The notes under the pieces are model-generated. The model searched no databases. It was not told the DNA's origin and saw only the letters and a list, made by a program, of their open reading frames with translations. DNA of 64,000 bases. Origin: Tubiluchus corallicola. Lineage: Eukaryota > Animalia > Priapulida. The stretch is from the NCBI GenBank assembly GCA_030141605.1, contig JAQGDQ010000157.1, forward strand, positions 417,145 to 481,144, written 5' to 3'. Shown one piece after another: positions 58,279-64,000 of this stretch. The translations under genes were made by a program, and so were the position numbers. The first letter of the stretch is position 1. Each line of letters begins with the position of its first letter.

Positions 58279-59755
58279 TGTGATTAGTAGAACCAGCGTT
58301 TAAACGGACAGTAATTTGTAGTTTAGTTTTTTCAGAAAGAAAAAAATGCTATTCTATTTATGCAATCGAAACAAAGTCAAAATAATCTCACTTGCACATA
58401 CCATAAATTCAGTTTCAGCTGCTTTGTTTCCAAAGTGCTCTTTAAATTTTTTAGCTTTCTTCTTCGCTCTGGCACCCCAGTAAGTGTAATTGACGGCTGC
58501 ATATTCGAGCAAGGCAGCAAAGACGAATACGAAACACATGACTAAATAGATATCAATGGCCTTGATATAGGATATCCTTGGTAACGAAGAACGCACGCCA
58601 GTACTAATTGTAGTCATAGTCAACACAGTGGTGATGCCTGTGAAATAATTATAAATACTGTTAATGTATTCATATATACATATAATATTATGTAAATTTA
58701 GATAAATATGCACGTATATGCGTGTGCATATGGATTTAACAACATGTGTTATACGTTGCATAGCCTAATGAAATTCGCCGTATACATGTACTTACTCATA
58801 CAATTATAGTATTATAGTATTACGCGCATAGTATTATTCGAGTAGATATATATAGTATGCAAAAGTATATATATAGAACAATTTTAAATTCTAGGATATA
58901 TATATATAATCGCCAACGCGTTTCCTGTATTTTAGACATTTTTCGAGGCCCTCAAACCCTAAAATCTACAAAAGAGCAATCAGTGTACATCAAGTGTACA
59001 TAGTTTTTGGAGTTCTATTGTATTATTAAACAGTATTTTAGTTAACTGAGTCTTTTTTAAACAGATAATTCAGCATACTTCTACTCTCATTCTGAGGTAA
59101 CTTTTCACTGCAAATTAATTTCACTTAATCTCTGGAGGCCCTTCAGCTAGCAGAGGCCCCTGGGCTTGGTTTCTTTGTCTATCTGGTCATGGGGGGGGGG
59201 GTGGATTTTTAGGGCTGTCGCCCCCCCCCGGATTCGGGCAAACACATTTCTAGACAATCACCAAATTTTCGGGTACCAGCCAAATGATAAACAAAATAAA
59301 ATAATATTTTTCATACAAGGAAATCTCGAAATTTCTCCATGCCGTCAAATGAAGTGCCCGAAACCCAAGCATTTTCTTGATCATGGAGCGGGATGAGGTA
59401 AACATGAAACAACCCAAGTTATTGAACTGACGCGACAGACGGCTTTGCTTTACCACTGTCACGTGCCGCTTGTAGTTAAGACGCGTTGCTGTGGTACGCT
59501 TAACTTTTGACTTACAGCAACTGCGTGTACGCATAACGAAACTGTGAAAAGATTTATTAAACACTATTAAAGTTGGAATAAAAAGTTATCCCGTTCACTC
59601 ACCCAACGCTACTCTAGCCGATGTAGCTTCGTGGTTTATCCAAAACGACACCCAGGACAACATGACGATGAGTATCGATGGCAAATATGTTTGGAAAATG
59701 AAATATCCTATGTTGCGCGAGAGTTTGAAGCTGAGAGATAGACGTTTGTAAGCAC
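53360..59755 (-). CDS. Lcch3: GABA-gated chloride channel beta subunit (LCCH3-like), 3' part (TM1-TM4); N-terminal exons not in the window
   Basis: Exons 59603-59755 ([50 protein letters not shown]), 58402-58637 ([54 protein letters not shown]) and 53360-53707 ([10 protein letters not shown]...[35 protein letters not shown]) have compatible phases. A small extra loop exon cannot be excluded. Confidence 0.92.
54310..54920 (+). mobile_element. MITE family C copy (TTAA-flanked)
   Basis: TTAAGCAAAG ... CCTGTCTTCCT|TTAA. Homologous to 43640-44249. Confidence 0.85.
56440..57626 (-). mobile_element. Composite family C element with an internal 135-bp tandem duplication and a THAP-coding insert
   Basis: TTAA|AGGAAAACAGG at 56440 and GGTTTTACT|TTAA at 57626. 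A 135-bp unit occurs at 56506 and 56641. Family C sequence resumes at about 57245. Confidence 0.7.
56925..57119 (+). pseudogene. THAP zinc-finger domain fragment (transposase-derived, frameshifted)
   Basis: [21 protein letters not shown] / [40 protein letters not shown] fits the THAP pattern M-x3-C-x4-C ... W ... VCSx; the final His is absent. Confidence 0.7.
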
Positions 59756-60305
59756 CTATACAAAAACACAAAGAAAAATAATTTATGAAATCACTCGATT
59801 TAAAACTGTGATAATTAGTTGCCATGATGATGCCCCCAAAGTTGTTTTTCCGTTTTTTCCTCTTTCGTTGGATTTTAAACTTGGAAGTGTAATATCTTAT
59901 CCTGTTTTATGATCCAATAGTATATGTATTGTCGATTTTTTGAAGAAGCCATTCTTTTTTCAGCTGTTTTTTCATCTTTTTGCAATGTTATTGGTTCAAC
60001 GGCTCAGTTTAGTCTACCGTACTCTGTCTGTTTGTCTGTTCGTCTATTCAAGCTATTTCTCTGAGAACGCTGACCGATTCTAATCAAACTTCCTCGTCCG
60101 ATGCGTGCTGAGTTCTAGTTGCACAGCAAAAAATTTAGTTGCCATGGTGACGATGGTTTCATAGCAACGGTCAAAAAATTCTAAAATTTGTACTTTTTTG
60201 TGGCTACAAAATCTATCATCTGCAAAAACGTTTAGATAGTAAAGACGAAACTATCTGTACCACATAAATTTGAAAATTGTGTCTGTCTGCCTGTCTGTCT
60301 GTCTA

Positions 60306-60346
<41 letters not shown>

Positions 60347-60757
60347 TTTTCTCTGTGTTTCCTCGCTCTTTCTCCTATCGGACTGATCCGATTCAAGTCA
60401 AACTTGCACAGCAGGTGTGGTGCGAGTTTAGTTGTGCAGGAAAATATTTGGTTGCCATGGTAACAACGTTTGCCCTTAAACGCATAAAAAACTTAAAATC
60501 CTAAAGTCGATACTTTTTTGCCTTCCAAATCTCTCTCCTGCAAAACTAATGAGGTAATGAAAGCGATGCTTGATGAAAGTGATGGCTTAAAAATTGTCTA
60601 AGCCAAAATTTGAACTTTTTATCTGTCTGTCTGTCTATCTGTTCAAGATACCAACCAAGCATGCGCAGCACGTGCGCTCTGAGTGTTCTAGTTATACAGT
60701 AAAAATTTGGTTGCCATAGTGACCATGCTTACCTGTCAAGGGTTCAAAAACTTAAGC
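58913..60757. repeat. Left arm of a long inverted duplication
   Basis: Reverse complement of 62167-64000, with scattered substitutions and small indels. Confidence 0.97.
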
Positions 60758-60760
60758 TTT
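60000..60760. mobile_element. Repeat with (TCTG)n tracts and internal subrepeats (DINE-1/Helentron-associated-like)
   Basis: Three subunits each have a (TCTG)n tract and GTTGCCAT(G/A)GT; two have CCGATTC.A.TCAAACTT. Confidence 0.45.
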
Positions 60761-61270
60761 CAAAGTTAGTATTTCTTGCTTTCAAAACTAACTTAGGTAG
60801 AGAAAGTAATGTAGTTGAAACTCGCATAATCATTTAAACTACTAATCATTTAAAGTAATAATAAGATTGCAGAGCCAAGTTTGGAATTTTGCAATATAAT
60901 GCCATCATTACTTCCAGGCGAGCTGCCCCAGCCATCGAACCACTATCAGCCAACCGGCTTGTACTCTAAAATTTTGACCTAGAACCAATCTTTTTATGTA
61001 GATCGTTTGCCAAAATAAAACTCACTTCAAATTCTGTTTTGACACTTGCATTTTATTGCTGCAATCTGCATTAACCGAAGTTTATCTCAAATATAATTTA
61101 TATTTCAATTAATTATGAGCTTTTACTGGTGGTGTCTGTCACCTAATGGAAACCAATTTTGAGCAATCTATGTTATTTTTAACAATTTTTAACAATAATA
61201 ATCACTTGTGCTTGAGTAACACAAGTTACATGGACCAGAAGGTGCAAAGTATTTGTATGAAAAAGTATCT

Positions 61271-61774
<504 letters not shown>

Positions 61775-61799
61775 TTGCTTGCTTTTACGTTATTACGTT

Positions 61800-62030
61800 G
61801 TTTAAAGATTTTTTCGTAATGCTATAGGAATAGGAGACTCTTGGGGGGTAATCTTAGTACATGCCCAATCCAATGCAATCTTTATATTTGGATTTGTTTA
61901 CTCCAACGGGTCTTCTTCACCACATCATAGAGACCATCATTGGATATTCTGACAGCCCATTTAATAATGATTTTTCTAATAATTTCTTATAAAGACGTCC
62001 ATAGCTCAGCGTTGTATAAAAAATACTGGT
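61800..62030 (-). mobile_element. RTE-clade LINE remnant
   Basis: Minus strand reads YNAELWT / KWAVRISNDGLYDVVKKTRWSKQIQI*RLHWIGHVLRLPP. Confidence 0.75.
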
Positions 62031-62166
62031 TCAAAATAATAGATATAATACTCTAAATGTACTTTTAGCGATAGTGGGAATCTGACTGAGTACGTGTTAA
62101 ATTTTTCACTATTTTCATTTTCATGTTTTCACGTGTCCTTAGTAACCATAGCAACAAGACAACAAG

Positions 62167-62600
62167 GCTTAAGTTTTTGAACCCTTGACAGGTAAGCATG
62201 GTCACTATGGCAACCAAATTTTTACTGTATAACTAGAACACTCAGAGCGCACGTGCTGCGCATGCTTGGTTGGTATCTTGAACAGATAGACAGACAGACA
62301 GATAAAAAGTTCAAATTTTGGCTTAGACAATTTTTAAGCCATCACTTTCATCAAGCATCGCTTTCATTACCTCATTAGTTTTGCAGGAGAGAGATTTGGA
62401 AGGCAAAAAAGTATCGACTTTAGGATTTTAAGTTTTTTATGCGTTTAAGGGCAAACGGTGTTACCATGGCAACCAAATATTTTCCTGCACAACTAAACTC
62501 GCACCACACCTGCTGTGCAAGTTTGACTTGAATCGGATCAGTCCGATAGGAGAAAAAGCGAGGAAACACAGAGAAAAACAGACAGACAGACAGACAGACA

Positions 62601-62641
<41 letters not shown>

Positions 62642-64000
62642 ACAGACACAATTTTCAAATTTTTGTGGTACAGATAGTTTCGTCTTTACTATCTAAACGT
62701 TTTTGCAGATGATAGATTTTGTAGCCACAAAAAAGTACAAATTTTAGAATTTTTTGACCGTTGCTATGAAACCATCGTCACCATGGCAACCAAATTTTTT
62801 GCTGTGCAACTAGAACTCAGGCCGCATCGGACGAGGAAGTTTGATTAGAATCGGTCAGCGTTCTCAGAGAAATAGCTTGAATAGACGAACAGACAAACAG
62901 AGAGAGTGCGGTAGACTAAACTGAGCCGTTGAACCAATAATATTGCAAAAAGATGAAAAAAAGCTGAAAAAAGAATGGCTTCTTCAAAAAATCGATAATA
63001 CGTATACTATTGGATCATAAAACAGGATAAGATATTACACTTCCAAGTTTAAAATCCAACGAAAGAGGAAAAAACGGAAAAACAACTTTGAGGGCATCAT
63101 CATGGCAACTAATTATCACAGTCTTAAATCGAGTGATTTCATAAATTATTTTTCTTTGTGTTTTTGTATAGGTGCTTACAAACGTCTATCTCTCAGCTTC
63201 AAACTCTCGCGCAACATAGGATATTTCATTTTCCAAACATATTTGCCGTCGATACTCATCGTCATGTTGTCCTGGGTGTCGTTTTGGATAAACCACGAAG
63301 CTACATCGGCTAGAGTAGCGTTGGGTGAGTGAATGGGATAACTTTTTATTGCAACTTTAATAGTGTTTAATAAATCTTTTCACAGTTTCGTTATGCGTAC
63401 ACGCAGTTGCCGTATGTCAAAAGTTAAGTGTACCACAGCAACGCGTCTTAACTACAAGCGTCATGTGACAGTGGTAAGGCAAAGCCGTTTGTCGCGTCAG
63501 TTCAATAACTTGAGTTGTTTCATGTGGACCTCATCCCGCTCCATGATCAAGAAAATGCCTGGGTTTCGGGCACTTCATTTGACGGCATGGAGAAATTTCG
63601 AGAATTCCTTGTATGAAAAATATTATTTTGTTTTGTTTATCATTTGGCTGGTACCCGAAAATTTGGTGATTGTCTAGAAATGTGTTTGCCCGAATCGGGG
63701 GGGGGGGCGACAGCCCTAAAAATCCACACCCCTATGACCATATAGACAAAGAAACCAAGCCCAGGGGCCTCTGCTAGCTGAGGGGCCTCCAGAGATTAAG
63801 TGAAATTAATTTGCAGTGAAAAGTTACCTCAGAATGAGAGTAGAAGTATGCTGATTTATCTCTTTAAAAAGGACTCAGTTAACTAAAATACTGTTTAATA
63901 ATACAATAGAACACCAAAAAATTATGTACACTGATTCTCTTTTGTAAATTTTGGGCTTTTAGGGCCTCGAAAAACGTCTAAAATACAGGAAACGCGTTGG
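62167..64000. repeat. Right arm of the long inverted duplication (continues past the window end)
   Basis: Position 64000 pairs with 58913 and 62167 pairs with 60757. Confidence 0.97.
63172..63324 (+). other. Inverted duplicate of the GABA receptor TM1 exon with intact splice sites
   Basis: 153 nt, TAG|GT...TTGG|GTGAGT. Identical to 59603-59755 except one synonymous change (CCA vs CCG, Pro). Confidence 0.93.

Overview
AT-rich, intron-containing animal (bilaterian invertebrate) genomic DNA; there are no prokaryotic features. Five protein-coding genes are supported: PGD (6-phosphogluconate dehydrogenase, minus, partial), ATM (plus, a single uninterrupted 9,132-bp ORF), a DUF1647-like type II membrane protein (plus, 4 coding exons), LZIC (minus, complete, 5 coding exons) and the 3' part of a GABA-A receptor beta/LCCH3-like subunit (minus). 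Introns and intergenic DNA are dense with non-autonomous DNA transposons (hAT-like with 8-bp TSDs, Tc1/mariner-like, TTAA/Kolobok-like, Harbinger-like), LINE and SINE remnants, and tandem repeats. Two oddities stand out. First, ATM is intronless although its neighbours keep their introns, and it lies head-to-head with PGD. Second, an inverted duplication of at least 1.8 kb (58913-60757 vs 62167-64000, running off the window) places an intact antisense copy of the receptor's TM1 exon, with splice sites, just upstream of that exon. All gene identities come from recognising the proteins, not from database searches.
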